From the human T2T-CHM13v2.0 reference genome, Homo sapiens, in the NCBI RefSeq assembly GCF_009914755.1, contig NC_060928.1: DNA of 64,000 bases; one strand, written 5' to 3'. The position numbers and the translations under genes are program-made. Below are positions 1-12,552 of the stretch, one piece after another. The first letter of the stretch is position 1. Each line of letters opens with the position of its first letter. The notes under the pieces were generated by a model. That model was given only the letters and a program-made list of their open reading frames with translations. It had not been told where the DNA came from and did not search any database.

Positions 1-540
1 CACCCATGAAGGGTCTGTGCTGAGGTGGATTAGTAAAAGAGGAACGCCTCTTGCAGTTGAGATTGGTATAAAACCCGATTGTACATTTGTTCAGTTCTGA
101 GATAGGAGAAAAACCACCTTTGGTGGGAGGTGAGACATGTTGGCAGCAATGCTGCCTTGTTATTCTTTACTCCACTGAGATGTTTGGGTGGAGAGAAATG
201 TAAATCTGGCCTACGTGCACATCCAGGCATAGTACCTCCCCTTGAACTTAATTGTGACATAGATTCTTTTGCTCACATGTTTTTCTGTTGATCTTCTCCT
301 TATTATCACCCTGCTCTCCTACTGTATTCCTCTTGCTGAGATAATGAAAATAATAATCAATAAAAACTGAGGGAACTCAGAGACTGGTGCCAGTGCAGGT
401 CCTTGGTATGCTGAGCGCCAGTCCACTGGGCCCACTTTTCTTTCTCTATACTTTGTCTTTGTGTCTGATTTCTTTTCTCAGTCTCTCATCCCACCTGATG
501 AGATATACCCACAGGTGTTGAGGTGCTGGCCACCCCTTCA
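1..540 (+). mobile_element. HERV-K(HML-2) LTR5-type LTR, 3' portion (LTR5A/B-like)
   Basis: Recognisable LTR5 motifs (GGATTAGTAAAAGAGGAA, GGTATAAAACCCGATTGTAC, AATAAAAACTGAGGGAACTCAGAG), ending CCACCCCTTCA. No Lys PBS follows, so it is a solo or 3' LTR. Confidence 0.8.
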
Positions 541-574
541 CACCTATGGATATATCTTGTCAGGTGGGTCACAC

Positions 575-2373
575 AAATTGGGAAAATTTGCAGTAGAAAA
601 GAAAACCCCATTTTCTGGGCAGAAATTCAAGTTGTCTGCAGAAATTTATGTAAGTAATGAGAAGCCAAATTCTAATCATCAAGAAAATTGGGAAAATGTT
701 TCTGGGGCATATCAGAGAACTTCACGGCAGACCCTCCCATCACAGGCCTGGAGTCCTAGGAAGGAAAATGGTTTCACAGGCCAGGCCTAGGGCCCCCCAT
801 GCTCTGGGCAGCTTCAGGACATGATGTCCTTCATCCAAGCTGTTTCAGCTCCAGCCATGGCTAAAAGGGGCCAAGGTATAGCTCAGGCCATTGCTTCAGA
901 GGGTGCAAGCCCCAAGCCTTGGTAGCTTTTCTGGGGTGTTGAGCTTGCAGGTGTACAGAAGTCAAGAACTGAGTTTTGGGAACCTGTGCTTAGATTTCAG
1001 AGGATGTATGGAAATACCTAGATGTCCAGGCAGAAGTTTCCTGCATGGGCGGGACCCTCATGCAGAAACTCTGCTAGGGTAGTCAGAAGGGAAATGTGGG
1101 GTTGAAGTCCCAACCCAGTGTCGCCACTGGGGCACCACCTAGTAGAGCTGTGAGAAGAGGGCCACCATCCTCCAGACCCCAGAATGGTAGATTCACTGAT
1201 AGCTTTCACTATGTGCCTAGAAAAGCTGAAGACACTCAATGCCAGCCTGTAAAGTAGCAGGGAGGGAGGCCCTACCCTGCAAAGTCACAAGTGTGAAGCT
1301 GCCCAAGACCATGGGAACCCACTACTTGCATTAGCGTGACCTGGATGTAAGACATTAAGTCAAAGGAGATAATTTTGGAGTTTTAATATTTGACTGCCCC
1401 TCTGGATTTTAGATTCACATGAGGCATGTAGCCCCTTTGTTTTTGTCAAGTTCTCCCATGTGGAATGGCTGAATTTACCCAATGCCTGTACTCCCATGTA
1501 TTGAGGAAGAAACTAACTTGTTTTTGATTTTACAGGCTCATAGGTGGAAGGAACTTGCCTTGTGTCAGCTGAGACTTTGGACTGTGGACTTTTGAATTAA
1601 TGCTGAAATGAATTAAGGCTTTGGGGGACTGTTGGAAAGGTATGCTTTGTTTTGAAATGTGAGGGCATGAGATTTGGAGAGGCTGAGGGCGGAATGATAT
1701 GGTTTGTCTCCACCCAAATCTCACCTTGAATTGTAGCTCCCATAATTTCATGTGTTGTGGGAGGGACCTGGTGGGAGATAATTGAATCATGGGGGCAATT
1801 TTTTCCATACTATTCTTGTGGTAGTGAATGAGTCTCAATAGATCTGATTTTTTTTTTTTTTTTTTTTGAGACGGAGTCTCACTCTGTCTCCCAAGCTGGA
1901 GGGCAATGGCACGATCTCGGTTTGCTGCAACTTCCACCTCCTGGGTTCAAGCCATTCTCCTGCCCCAGCTTCCTGAACAGCTGGGACTACAGGCACATGC
2001 TGGTACATCCAGCTAATTTTTTGTATTTTTTTTTTAGTAGAGATGGGGTTTTACCATATTGCCTGGGCTGGTCTCAAACTCCTGAACTCAGGCAATCCGC
2101 ACACCTTTGTCTCCCAAAGTACTAGGATTACAGGTGTGAGCCACCACACCTGGCCTGATCTGATGATTTTATAAAGGAAACCCCTTTCATTTGGGTCTCA
2201 ATGTTCTCTTGCCTGCCACCTTGTGATATGTGAATTTGCTCCTTCTTGCCTTCTGCCATGATTGTGAGGCTTCCCCAGCCATGTGGAACTGTGAGTCTGT
2301 TAAACCTCTTTCCTTTATAAATTACTCTGTATTGGATATGTCTTTATTGGCAGCACGAGAACAGACTAACACA
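575..2373 (+). mobile_element. THE1 (MaLR) internal sequence plus 3' LTR (LTR about 1695-2373, split by an Alu)
   Basis: THE1-int motifs, then a purine tract, then an LTR running TGATATGGTTTG...GAGAACAGACTAACACA. Confidence 0.85.
1848..2155 (-). mobile_element. AluS inserted in the THE1 LTR
   Basis: Poly(T) then the Alu reverse complement. TSD GATCTGA(T) at 1841 and 2157. Confidence 0.92.
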
Positions 2374-3531
2374 CTAACAAATGAGAAATTTATAATATTG
2401 TTGTCTGCTATACCACTTTTCAATTTGTTGAAGGTGGAGATTTTTAAGCAGTAGGAAATCCTTAGATGGTTATTACAAAATAGGATGATTATAATGAAAA
2501 TTAATGTGCTTAAAATAAAGGTTTTAATACAATATCATCAGAAGTTGGGAGAATTAATGGAACCCCTAGAAAGTTCCCGAACCCTCAGACTTCCAAGCCA
2601 ATCTGCTCCATTTATCACAGTTTGGAGTAGTTTACAAAGCACAAATGCAGAAATCACAATGTGAAAATTTATTAACGCTTTCCTCAGATAATATTGAGAT
2701 ATTAATCAAGATAAAAGTTTGCAAAAAGGCAAGCGTCTCTTGGCTCAATCACCTTGTACAGACACAAAACACATTAAGTCCTAATAGAGCCTAAGTAAAG
2801 GTTAATGAAATGAAGATAAAAGGTTATAGAAAAGTTGGTATATATCCACAAGCTTTATGTGAAGTAGTTACATCTCTTTTATCTGACAGTATTATTAGAA
2901 TGGACATTGTATCTAACTGGGAAATGTTTCCCACATCTAGTATTATACAATGGAAGGCATCCAAATTTGTCTTTAAATCATTATGAATTGGGCATTCTAA
3001 ATAGAAGCCAGTAAGATATTCCATCCAAGTTCATACAGTGTAGAATAGAAGCTGGAGTGCTGATAGAAAAAAATTCTCTGTTCGATAGCCCTATATCAAG
3101 CATAACTTATAGTAATATGCTGTGAGTATCTCCCAGTGATAAATACTGGGATTTGGGAAAGGAGAATTTCCACTTGAGTGGCATTTACTACCTTGCTGTA
3201 GTACATTAATTGAAGCTATCCATAACAGTTCATCAAATAACCTTGAAACATGAAATACCCATGATGTCTTGCATAATGTAAATGAAACACTCCAGTCATA
3301 TAGCAGTACCCAGAAGAGTTTTGTACTACAATGGAAATTGTCTATATAGAATCAAACTGCGTCATGAATGCCTGAAGGAGATATTCTTAAGCTCAGAACC
3401 CCTTTCCTCCTAGGACTGATTCTGAAACTGTGTGAGGAGTTGCCTAATTCCACAGTGCTCTATAAATAGCTCACAACTGACTGACAAAGATCTGCTAGGC
3501 TTGTAGATGGCACTTACAGGGTGAATGAACA

Positions 3532-4058
3532 AACTACTGCCATATTGATTCTTTTTTTCTAGTTCTTATGTAAATCCTTTTTAAAAAAAGGGTTTTTTTT
3601 TTTTTTTTTTTTTTTTTTTTGGAATGGTCTCACTCTGTTGGCCAGGCTGAAGAGCATACAATTACAGTTTACTGCAGCCTCAGCCTCAAACTCCCAGGCT
3701 CAGATGATTCACCAACTTCAGTCCCCCAAGTAGCTGGGACTACAGGCATACATGGCCATGCCTGACATTTTTAAAAAGCTTTATTTGTAGGTATAGGGTC
3801 TCACTATAATGCCCTGGCTGGTGTTGAACTCCTAGGCTTAAGTCCTTCTCTCACCTTAGCCTCCTAGAATGCCAAGATTATAGGTGTGAGCTGCTGCTGT
3901 ATCTGGCCTGTAAATCCTTTTTTCTGTCTTCATCATTTATTGGCTTCCTTGGAATTAAGGGATTATCTTGTTGTATGTTTTTATTTCTTCCTTTTTATTT
4001 TTAGGGTATTTATTATAGGTGTTCTGTGCTTATCATAAGGCTTACATGAAAACACCTT
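3532..4058 (-). mobile_element. Old L1M fragment (inter-ORF region), split by an AluJ
   Basis: The reverse complement reads GTTTTCATGTAAGCCTTATGATAAGCACAGAAC...AATATGGCAGTAG, matching the recalled L1MA/MB inter-ORF consensus. Confidence 0.65.
3583..3908 (-). mobile_element. AluJ
   Basis: Diverged Alu with a long poly(T). TSD TGTAAATCCTTTTT at 3569 and 3909. Confidence 0.88.
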
Positions 4059-7000
4059 CTTTTTTATTATACTTTAAGTTCTAGGGTACATGTGCACAAC
4101 ATACAGGTTTGATACATAGGTGTACATGGGCCATGTTGGCTTGCTGCCCCCATCAACTCATCACTTACATTAGAAATTTCTCCTAATGTTATATCCCTCC
4201 TCCAGCCACCCACCCCCAACAGGCCCCAGTGTGTGGTCCTCTGCCCTGTGTCCAAGTGATCTCATTGTTCAATTCCCACCTATGAGTGAGAACATGCATT
4301 GTTTGGTTTTCTGTCCTTGTGACAGTTTGCTGAGAATGATGGTTTCCAGCTTCATCCATGTCCCTGCAAAGGATATGAACTCATCATTTTTTATGGCTGC
4401 ATAATATTCCATGCTGTATATGTGCCACATTTTCTTAATCCAGTCTATCATTGATGGACATTTGGGTTGGTTCCAAGTCTTTGCTATTGTGAATAGTGCT
4501 GCAGTAAACATACGTGTGCATGTGTCTTTATAGTAGCATGATTTAAAATCCTTTGGATATGTACCCAGTAAAGGGATCGCTGGGTCAAATGGTATTTCTA
4601 GTTCTAGATCCTTGAGGAATCGCCACACAGTGCTCCACAAAGGTTGAACTAATTTACACTCCCACCAACAGTGTAAAAGCGTTCCTATTTTTCCACACCC
4701 TCTCCAGCATCTGTTGTTTCTTGTCTTTTTAATGATTGCCGTTCTAACTGGTGTGAGATGGTATCTTATTGTGGTTTTGGTTTGCATTTCTCTGATGACC
4801 AGTGATGATGATCATTTTTTCGTGTATCTGTTGGCTGCATAGATGTCTTCTTTTGAGAATTGTCTGTTCGTATCCTTCACCCACTTTTTGATGGGGTTGC
4901 TTGTTTTTTTCTTGTAAATTTGTTTGAGTTCTTTGTAGATTCTGGATATTAGCCCTATGTCAGATGCGTAGATTGCAAAATTTTTCTCCCATTCTGTAGG
5001 TTGCCTATTCACTCTGATGGTAGTTTCTTTTGTCATGCGCAAAAGCTTTTTGTTTAATTTGATCCCATTTGTCAATTTTGGCTTTTGTTGCCATTGCTTT
5101 TTGTGTTTTAGTCATGAAGTCCTTGCTCATGCCTACATCCTGAATGGTATTGCCTAGGTTTTCTTAAAGGGTTTTTATGGTTTTAGGTCTAACATTTAAG
5201 TCTTTAATCCATCTTGAATTAATTTATGTGAAAAGTGTAAGGAAGGGATCCAGTTTCAGCTTTCTACATATGTCTAGCCAATTTTCGCACCACCATTTAT
5301 TAAATAGGGAATCCTTTCCCCATTGCTTGTTTTTGTCAGGTTTGTCAAAAATCAGATGGTTGTAGATGTGTCGTGTTATTTCTGATGTCTCTGTTGTGTT
5401 CCATTGGTCTACATCTCTGCTTTGGTATCAGTACTATGCTATTTTGGTTACTGTAGCCTTATAGTATAGTTTGAAGTCAGGTAGCAAGATGCCTCCAGCT
5501 TTGTTATTTTTGCTTAGGATTGTCTTGGCTGTGTGGGCTCTTTTTTGGTTCTATATGAATTTTAAAATAGTTTTTTTCCAATTCTGTGAAGAAAGTCATT
5601 GGTAGCTTGATGGGAATACCATCAAATCTATAAATTACCTTGGGCAGCATGGCCATTTTCATGATATTTATTCTTTCTATCCATGAGCATGGAATGTTCT
5701 TCCATTTGTTTGTATCCTCTTTTATTTCATTGAGCAGTGGTTTGTAGTTCTCCTTGAAGAGGTCCTTCACATCCCTTGTAAGTTGGATTCCTAGGTATTT
5801 TATTCTCTTAGCAGCAATTGTGAATGGGAGTTCACTCATGATTTGGCTCTCTGTTGGTCTGTTATTGATGTTTAAAAATGCTTGTGATTTTTGCACGTCC
5901 ATTTTGTATCCTGAAACTTTGCTGAAGTTGCTTATCAGCTTAAGGAGATTTTGGGCTGAAAAGATGGGTTTTTCTAAATATAAAATCATGTCATCTGCAA
6001 ACAGAGACAATTTGACTTCCTCTTTTCCTAATTGAATACTCTTTATTTCTTTCTCTTGCCTGATCACCCTGGCCAGAACTTCCAACACTATGCTGAATAG
6101 GAGTGGTGAGAGAGGGCATTCCTATCTTGTGCTGGTTTTCAGAGGGAATTCTTCCAGTTTTTGCCCATTCAGTATGATATTGGCTGTGGGTTTGTCATAA
6201 ATAGCTCTTAGTATTTTGAGATACGTTCCATCAATACCTCGTTTATTGAGAGTTTTAGCATGAAGAGTTGTTGAATTTCATTGAAGGTCTTTTCTGCATT
6301 TATTGAGATAATCAAGTGGTTTTTCATTGGTTCTGTTTATGTTATGGATTATATTTATTTATTTGCATATGTTGGACCAGCCTTGCCTCCCAGCTGACTT
6401 AATCATGGTGGATAAGCTTTTTGATGTGCTGCTGGATTCGGTTTGCCAGTATTTTATTGAGGATGTTCGCATTGATGTTCTTCAGTGATATTGGTCTAAA
6501 ACTCTGTTTTTTTGTTGTGACTCTGCCAGGCTTTGGTATCAGGATGATGTTGGCCTCATAAAATTAGTTAGGGAGGATTCCCTCCTTTTCTATTGATTGG
6601 AATAGTTTTAGAAGGAATGGTACCAGCTCCTCTTTGTATCTCTGGTGAAATTCAGCTGTGAATCCATCTGGTCCTGGACTTTTTTTCATTGGTAGCCTAT
6701 TAATTATTGCCTCAATTTCAGAGTCTGTTTCTGGTCTATGCAGAGATTCAACTTCTTCCTGGTTTAGTCTTGGGAGGGTGTATGTGTCCAGGAATTTATC
6801 CATTTCTTCTAGATTTTCTAGTTTATTTGCGTAGAGGTATTTATAGTATTCTCTGTTGGTAGTTTGTATATCTGTGGGATCAGTGGAGGTATCCCCTTTA
6901 TCATTTTCTATTGAGTCTATTTGATTCTTCTCTCTTTTCTTTTTTATTATTCTTGCTAGTGGTCTATCAATTTTGTCGATCATTTCAAGAAGCCAGCTCC

Positions 7001-7560
7001 TGGATTCATTGATTTTTTGGAGGTTTTTTTTTGTGTCTATCTCTTTCAGTTCTGCCCTGATCATAGTTATTTCTTGCTTTCTGCTAGCTTTTGAATTTGT
7101 TTGCTCTTGCTTCTCTAGTTCTTTTAATTGTGATGTTAGGGTGTCAATTTTAGATATTTCCTGCTTTCTTTTGTGGGCATTTAGTGCCATAAATTTCCCT
7201 CTACACACTGCTTTAAATGTGTCCTAGAGATTCTGGTACATTATGTCTTTGTTCTCATTGGCTTCAAAGACATATTTATTTCTGCCTTCGTTTCCTTATT
7301 TGCCCAGTAGTCATGCAGGAGCAGGTTGTTCAGTTTCCATGTAGTTGTGCAGTTTTGAGTGAGTTTCTTAATTCTGAGTTCTAATTTGATTGCACTGTGG
7401 TCTGAGAGACAGTTTGTTGTGATTTCTGTTCTTTTACATTTGCTGAGGAGTGCTTTACTTCCAATTATGTGGTCAATTTTAGAATAAGTGGGATGTGGTG
7501 CTGAGAAGAATGTATATTCTGTTGATTTGGGGTTGAAAGTTTTGTAAATGTCTATTAGGT
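4059..7560 (-). mobile_element. L1PA6/7-like element, 3' half (ORF2 remnants and 3'UTR)
   Basis: ORF-track fragments 6564-7208, 5504-6088 (RT motif LFADDM) and 4269-4787 are L1 ORF2p. L1PA 3'UTR with poly(A) at 4059. Confidence 0.95.
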
Positions 7561-7590
7561 CTTAAACTTAAAGTATAATTTAAAAAAAGA
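7561..7590 (+). mobile_element. Isolated L1PA 3' terminus
   Basis: AACTTAAAGTATAATTTAAAAAAA is the canonical L1PA end plus an A tail. Confidence 0.6.
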
Positions 7591-7599
7591 AAGTAAAAA

Positions 7600-9490
7600 G
7601 ATGATAATCCACTTCATGAAAACACACAAAATTATATAACTCACTCATAGAGCCAACAGACAAAGGAGAAAGAAAAAAGAATCAAACTTTATCAGTATAG
7701 AAAACTACCAAACTGTCAAAAATAAGTAATAAGAGAGAAATTAAGGAATAAGGGTTATACAAAATAAACAGAAAAAATAAAAGAATAAGCCTTTACCTAT
7801 AAATACATAAATAAATACCTTGAAAATAGGTGGATTAAATTATACAACTCAAAACATAGACTAATGGATTAAAAAACAAGACCCAACTATATACAGCCTA
7901 AAAGAAACTCATCTCACCTATAAAGTTACACATAGACTGCAATTGAAAAGATGAAATAGATATGCTATGCAAACAGAAACCCAAATCAAGCAGAAATAGC
8001 TTCACTTACATAAGCAAAACACAAACTTTAAGCCAAAACTTTAAGGAGAGGAAAAGAGAGACTTAATATGATAATAAATGAATCAATTGTTCAAAAAGAC
8101 AAAAATGTAAATATATATGCAAACAACCATGAACCATTGAGATATATGAAGCAAATATTATTATACCTGAAAGGAGAGATGGACCTAAGTTCAATAATAT
8201 TTGAGGATGTCACCACCACCTTTTCAGCATTGGACAGATATTTAGACAAAAAATCAATAGAAACACATGAGATTTATACTGTACCATAGACCAAATCGAA
8301 GTAATTGACATTTACAGAACATTTTATCCAACAGCTGCAGAATATAAGATTCTTTTTATAGCACATATAACATCCCCAGAATTAACCATATATGAGGACA
8401 TTAAGCAAGTCTCAACAAATTTTAAAAAATAAAAATTTTACTAATTATTTTATCTGAACACAATGAAATAAAGTATAAAATCAATGACAAGACAAAACTA
8501 GAAAAATCCATGAAAATTTAACAACGTATTCCTTATAACCAATAGGTAAAAAAAGAAACAATTTTAAAATTACTTAAAACAAGAAAAATTACATCATGCG
8601 ATAGCAAAATGTATGAGATTCAACAGAAGCACTATTAAGAGACAAGTTTAGAACAAGAAATGCCTACATGAAAGAAGTAGAAAAGTTTCAAATAAACAAC
8701 CTAATGATCTCTCTCAAAGAACTCTAAAAATAGGAACAAACCAAAACCAAAATTAGTGTAAGTAAAGAAATACTAAAAATTAGAGAGAAAAAATGAAATT
8801 AAGACTAAAAAAGATGAAACAAAATGCTAACTTTTTTAAAAGACAAAATCAGCAAGGCATTGACTAGACTAATAAAGAAAAACAAGAAAATATCCAATTT
8901 AATAAAATCAAAAACAGAACAGGAAACTTCACAACTGATACAGAAATACAGCACATCATTAAAGATTGTAATCAGCAACTACACAACAAATTTGAAAACC
9001 TGGAAGAAATGGATACATTTCTTGACATATACATTAGACTAAGATAAAAACAACAAAAAATATAAATCTTGCACAGACTAATACTGAATAACAACATTAA
9101 ATCAGTAACAAAAAGCCCTCCAATAAATAAAAGTCCAGGACTACCTGGAGTCACAACTGTATTCTACCAACTTTAAATTATTATGCTAACTACAGAAACC
9201 AGTTACAAAAAACACATCTTGTGTGATTCCATTTATATGAAGCCCTCAAAATTGGAAAATGTATAGAGACAGAAAGTAGATTAGAGGTTGTCCAGGGTTG
9301 AGGGATAAGGAGATGCTAAGGATACGAGGTTAGTTAAGGATGATGAAATAATGTAAAATTGAACATCACGATAGTCACACAAATTCTGTGAAAATACAAT
9401 GAGCCACTGAATTGTCTTGGCTTTAAATTAGTAAACTGTATTATATGTCAAATATATGTCAACAAAACTTTTACAAAACAAATAAACAAA
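7600..9490 (+). mobile_element. Old L1M fragments (ORF2 endonuclease region; L1MB-like 3' end at about 9190-9490)
   Basis: Degenerate ORF2 peptides (NIYANN..LRYMKQIL, KSPGLPG) and old L1 3'UTR motifs. Confidence 0.75.
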
Positions 9491-9803
9491 CATCCCTTGG
9501 ACCATGATATCTAAGAAAGTCTGATTCAGCTGTGTAAGTACTTTAGGCCTACGCCAAGCAGACTGCAGACACAAAGCACCTCTTGCTATCCACTGTTCAT
9601 AACATGATTCTAAACTTTCTTATATCACATAGGTGATTTGTATTTGCAAGATAATCAGAACTTAAATGGGGAAAAGCATTTGTAATTGTTAAAAGAGATA
9701 TTAAACACATCATATAACACAAGGTCATCTAGATTTCACTTTTTCCACTTGCCATGAAGATACTCTGACCATTCAAATAATGTACTTACATTGATATGTA
9801 GTA

Positions 9804-9845
9804 GTTATATTTTAAATTCTTGACAATCTCTTCTTTAATATAAGC
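9804..9845 (+). promoter_or_regulatory. Relic UGT2B proximal promoter (HNF1-like site and TATA-like box)
   Basis: GTTATATTTTAAA at 9804-9816 and ATATAAG near 9838, at UGT2B-like spacing upstream of the ATG at 9899. Confidence 0.55.
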
Positions 9846-9898
9846 AAGATAAATGGTACAGGGATAAAATTTGAAAGGAAGTACCGCATTTAATCAGG

Positions 9899-10278
9899 AT
9901 GTCTATGAAATGAATTTCAGCTCTACTATAGCTACTGCTGAGTTTTTTCCTCAACTCTGGAAGTCGTGAAAAGGTGCTGATGTAGCTATGGAATACAGTC
10001 ATTGGATCGATTTAGAGGCAAAACTGGATGAACTTATCCAGATGAATCATGAGATCATTGTGAGACCATCGGCTTCCATTTTTCTTGATCTCAGCAAACC
10101 ATTTGCTATTACCTTGGAATTTAATTCTATATCTTTATTGAAAGAAAACTTAAAGGATTATTGTCTCAGTTAATAAATATAATTGGTGGAAAGATATATT
10201 TTAGACATTTATTTCATTCATCAAAAAATATTTTGCAAATATTTTGTTTATTTTAAAAGCTCTGTCAGATGTTGTTTT
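9899..10278 (+). pseudogene. Degenerate UGT2B exon-1 relic A (5' half)
   Basis: CAGG ATG TCT ATG AAA TGA (Trp to stop), then KVLM, MEYSHWIDLEAKLDELIQMNHEIIV and AAGCTCTGT..GATGTTGTTTT. Many lesions, truncated by an L1. Confidence 0.85.
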
Positions 10279-11548
10279 ACAAATAGAAAAGTATCGCAGG
10301 CTTATGGATTGGAAAAATAAATATTGTGAAAATGACCATACTGCCCAAAGCAATCTACAGATTCAATGCAATTTCTATTGAATTATCAATGTCATTTATA
10401 AGATAATTATAAAATATAATTCTAAAGTTTATATGGAACCAAAAAAAGAACCCAGATTACAAAGGAAATCCTGAGCAAAAGGAACAAAGCTGATGGCATA
10501 ACATTACCTATCTTCAACATATACTACAAAACTGTAGTAACCAAAACAGCAAAGTACTGGTATAAAAGTAGACACATAGACCAACAGAACAGAATAGAGA
10601 ACCCAGAAATAAAGCCAAATACTTAAAACCAACTGTTCAACAAAGCAGACACAAACATGCACAAAGGAAAGGACACTCTATTCAAAAAATTGTGATAGAA
10701 AAAATGGAGAGCCACATGCAGAAGCGTGAAACTGGATGACTATCTCTCATCATATGCAAAAATTAACTGAAGGTGGATTAAAGACTTAAATGCAGAAGAA
10801 AATATAAGAAATACTCTTTTGGACATTGACCTACACAAAGAATTTATGACTAAAGACACAAAAAGAAAAGCAACAAAACCAAAATAAAGAAATGGGACTT
10901 TAAAAAGCTTCTGCACAGCAAAAGAAATAATCAATAGAGTAAACAGACAACGTACAGAATGGGAGAAAATATTTACAAACTCTATATCTGACAGAGGATT
11001 ACTAATCAGAATCAACAAGTAACTCAAACAAATCAGCAAGAAGAAACAATCTTATAAAAAATGGGCAAATGACATGAATAGACATTTCTCAAAAGAAGAT
11101 ATACAAATGGTCAACAAATATGGAAAAAAGCTGAACATCAGTAACCATCAGGGAAATGCAAATTAAAACCACAATGAGATATCACCTGACTAATGGTATA
11201 CTCTTATCAGAATGATTGTATTTTAAAAGTCAAAAAAAGTAGATATTGGCGCAGATGTGGTGAAATGGGAACATTTAAACACTGTTGGTGGGAACATAAA
11301 CTAGTACAACCTCTGTGAAAAACTGCATGGAGATTTCTCAAATAACTAAAAGTAGGTAAAATATTTGATCCAGTAATCTTACTACCAGTTACCTACACAA
11401 AGGAAAGGAAGTCATTATATTAAAAAGACATCTGCACTCATATGTTTATTGCAACAAACTTCACAATTCCAAAGATATGGAATCAACCTAAGTGCCCATC
11501 GACAGATGAGTGAATAAAGAAAATGTGATCTATATATCACATGGATAT
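10279..11548 (+). mobile_element. L1 (L1PB/L1MA-like) ORF2 3' region without 3'UTR
   Basis: Matches L1 ORF2 from AATATTGTGAAAATGACCATACTGCCCAAAGC to GAAAATGTGATCTATATA. Confidence 0.85.
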
Positions 11549-11550
11549 AC

Positions 11551-12278
11551 ACGGCCACATCTCACAGGAAAAATTCCAGATCATCCATGGGAACTTCCCC
11601 TTACCTCAGCGCCTTTGGGGACTTTGACCAAAACTAGGAAGGCTGCATCAGTAGGGAAAAGATGCTTTCCTTTTCCTGTGCTTCAGCTCCTTGCTGGGAG
11701 TCTACATGGGTTTTGTACACAGTTTCCAGGAGGGCAACTCCTAGAGTGCAGTAGCCTGCTGCCACTGCGAAGCCCTGATCCTGGGCATCTATAAGCAGGG
11801 CCTCAACTGCCAAGCCAGTGGTATGAGCTGCCACCAGCAGTGCAAGGATTGCCTGTAAGTTGAGCACCAGTGCAGGCCCCAGAGTGTGGGCCTGGAGGAG
11901 TCTCCACGTCACCCTCACACACTCATACCCACCATCATCACACCTTCAGCTTCTCCCTGCCCTGCCATGGCAAACGAGACTCCCAGCCTCCAGAGATTCA
12001 TGAGGAGGAGATGCAGATGGTGAAGGATGGGGTGTTTGACAACTGCTTGTAATTGATGCTATGATTGGATCAAGGACTCATTCCTGCCTTGGAGAAAAGA
12101 CTTGAACCAGAGCAGGGAGCCTGGGGGTGCTGGGACAGAAGGTTGGGGCTGAGGGCAGAATGTGATGGTGGCATGCAGCTAAGGGCAGGGCCAGGGCAGG
12201 CGTCCCTAAGGTTGTACCAACTTTTGTGAATATTTGTATTTTCCTCATGGAATAAAAAGGCTCATGTAATTAATCTCC
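11551..12278 (+). pseudogene. 5'-truncated processed pseudogene of RASGRP2 (CalDAG-GEFI): EF-hand, C1 domain, C-terminus and 3'UTR
   Basis: Frameshifted peptides [43 protein letters not shown] and [28 protein letters not shown] (stop at 12052) match recalled RASGRP2. Intronless, AATAAA at 12251, followed by a microsatellite tail. Confidence 0.9.
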
Positions 12279-12400
12279 ATATATATATACATTTATATAT
12301 GTGTATATATACATTTATATATATATAAATGTATACACACACACACACACACACACAGAAAGAGAGTAGTATATACATACACAGCATACATGCATATATA
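12279..12400. repeat. (TA)n/(CA)n microsatellite, probably the decayed poly(A) tail of the RASGRP2 retrocopy
   Basis: Dinucleotide runs starting about 22 nt after the AATAAA. Confidence 0.85.
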
Positions 12401-12552
12401 TTCCCTTTTTTCTGGGAGTTTTTCCACTCATTTCCATTCACCAAAGCAATGCCTTTGTGCCATGTACGTGAAGAAATATTCGTCTGCTCTAGCAAAGACC
12501 TCATCTGGCACAGAAGCTGTCAGGGAAACAACTACTTGGTTGAATTTGCAGG

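Noticed and set aside
2400-3530. Possible very old ERVL/MaLR internal remnant (LQWKLSI-like motif near 3325)
   Set aside because: Too degenerate to support without a Dfam search.
4067-7227. Multiple ORFs of 60-214 aa
   Set aside because: They are fragments of L1 ORF2 or its antisense frames, not host genes.
11740-11880. Cys-rich stretch that first suggested a metallothionein
   Set aside because: It is explained by the RASGRP2 C1 domain.
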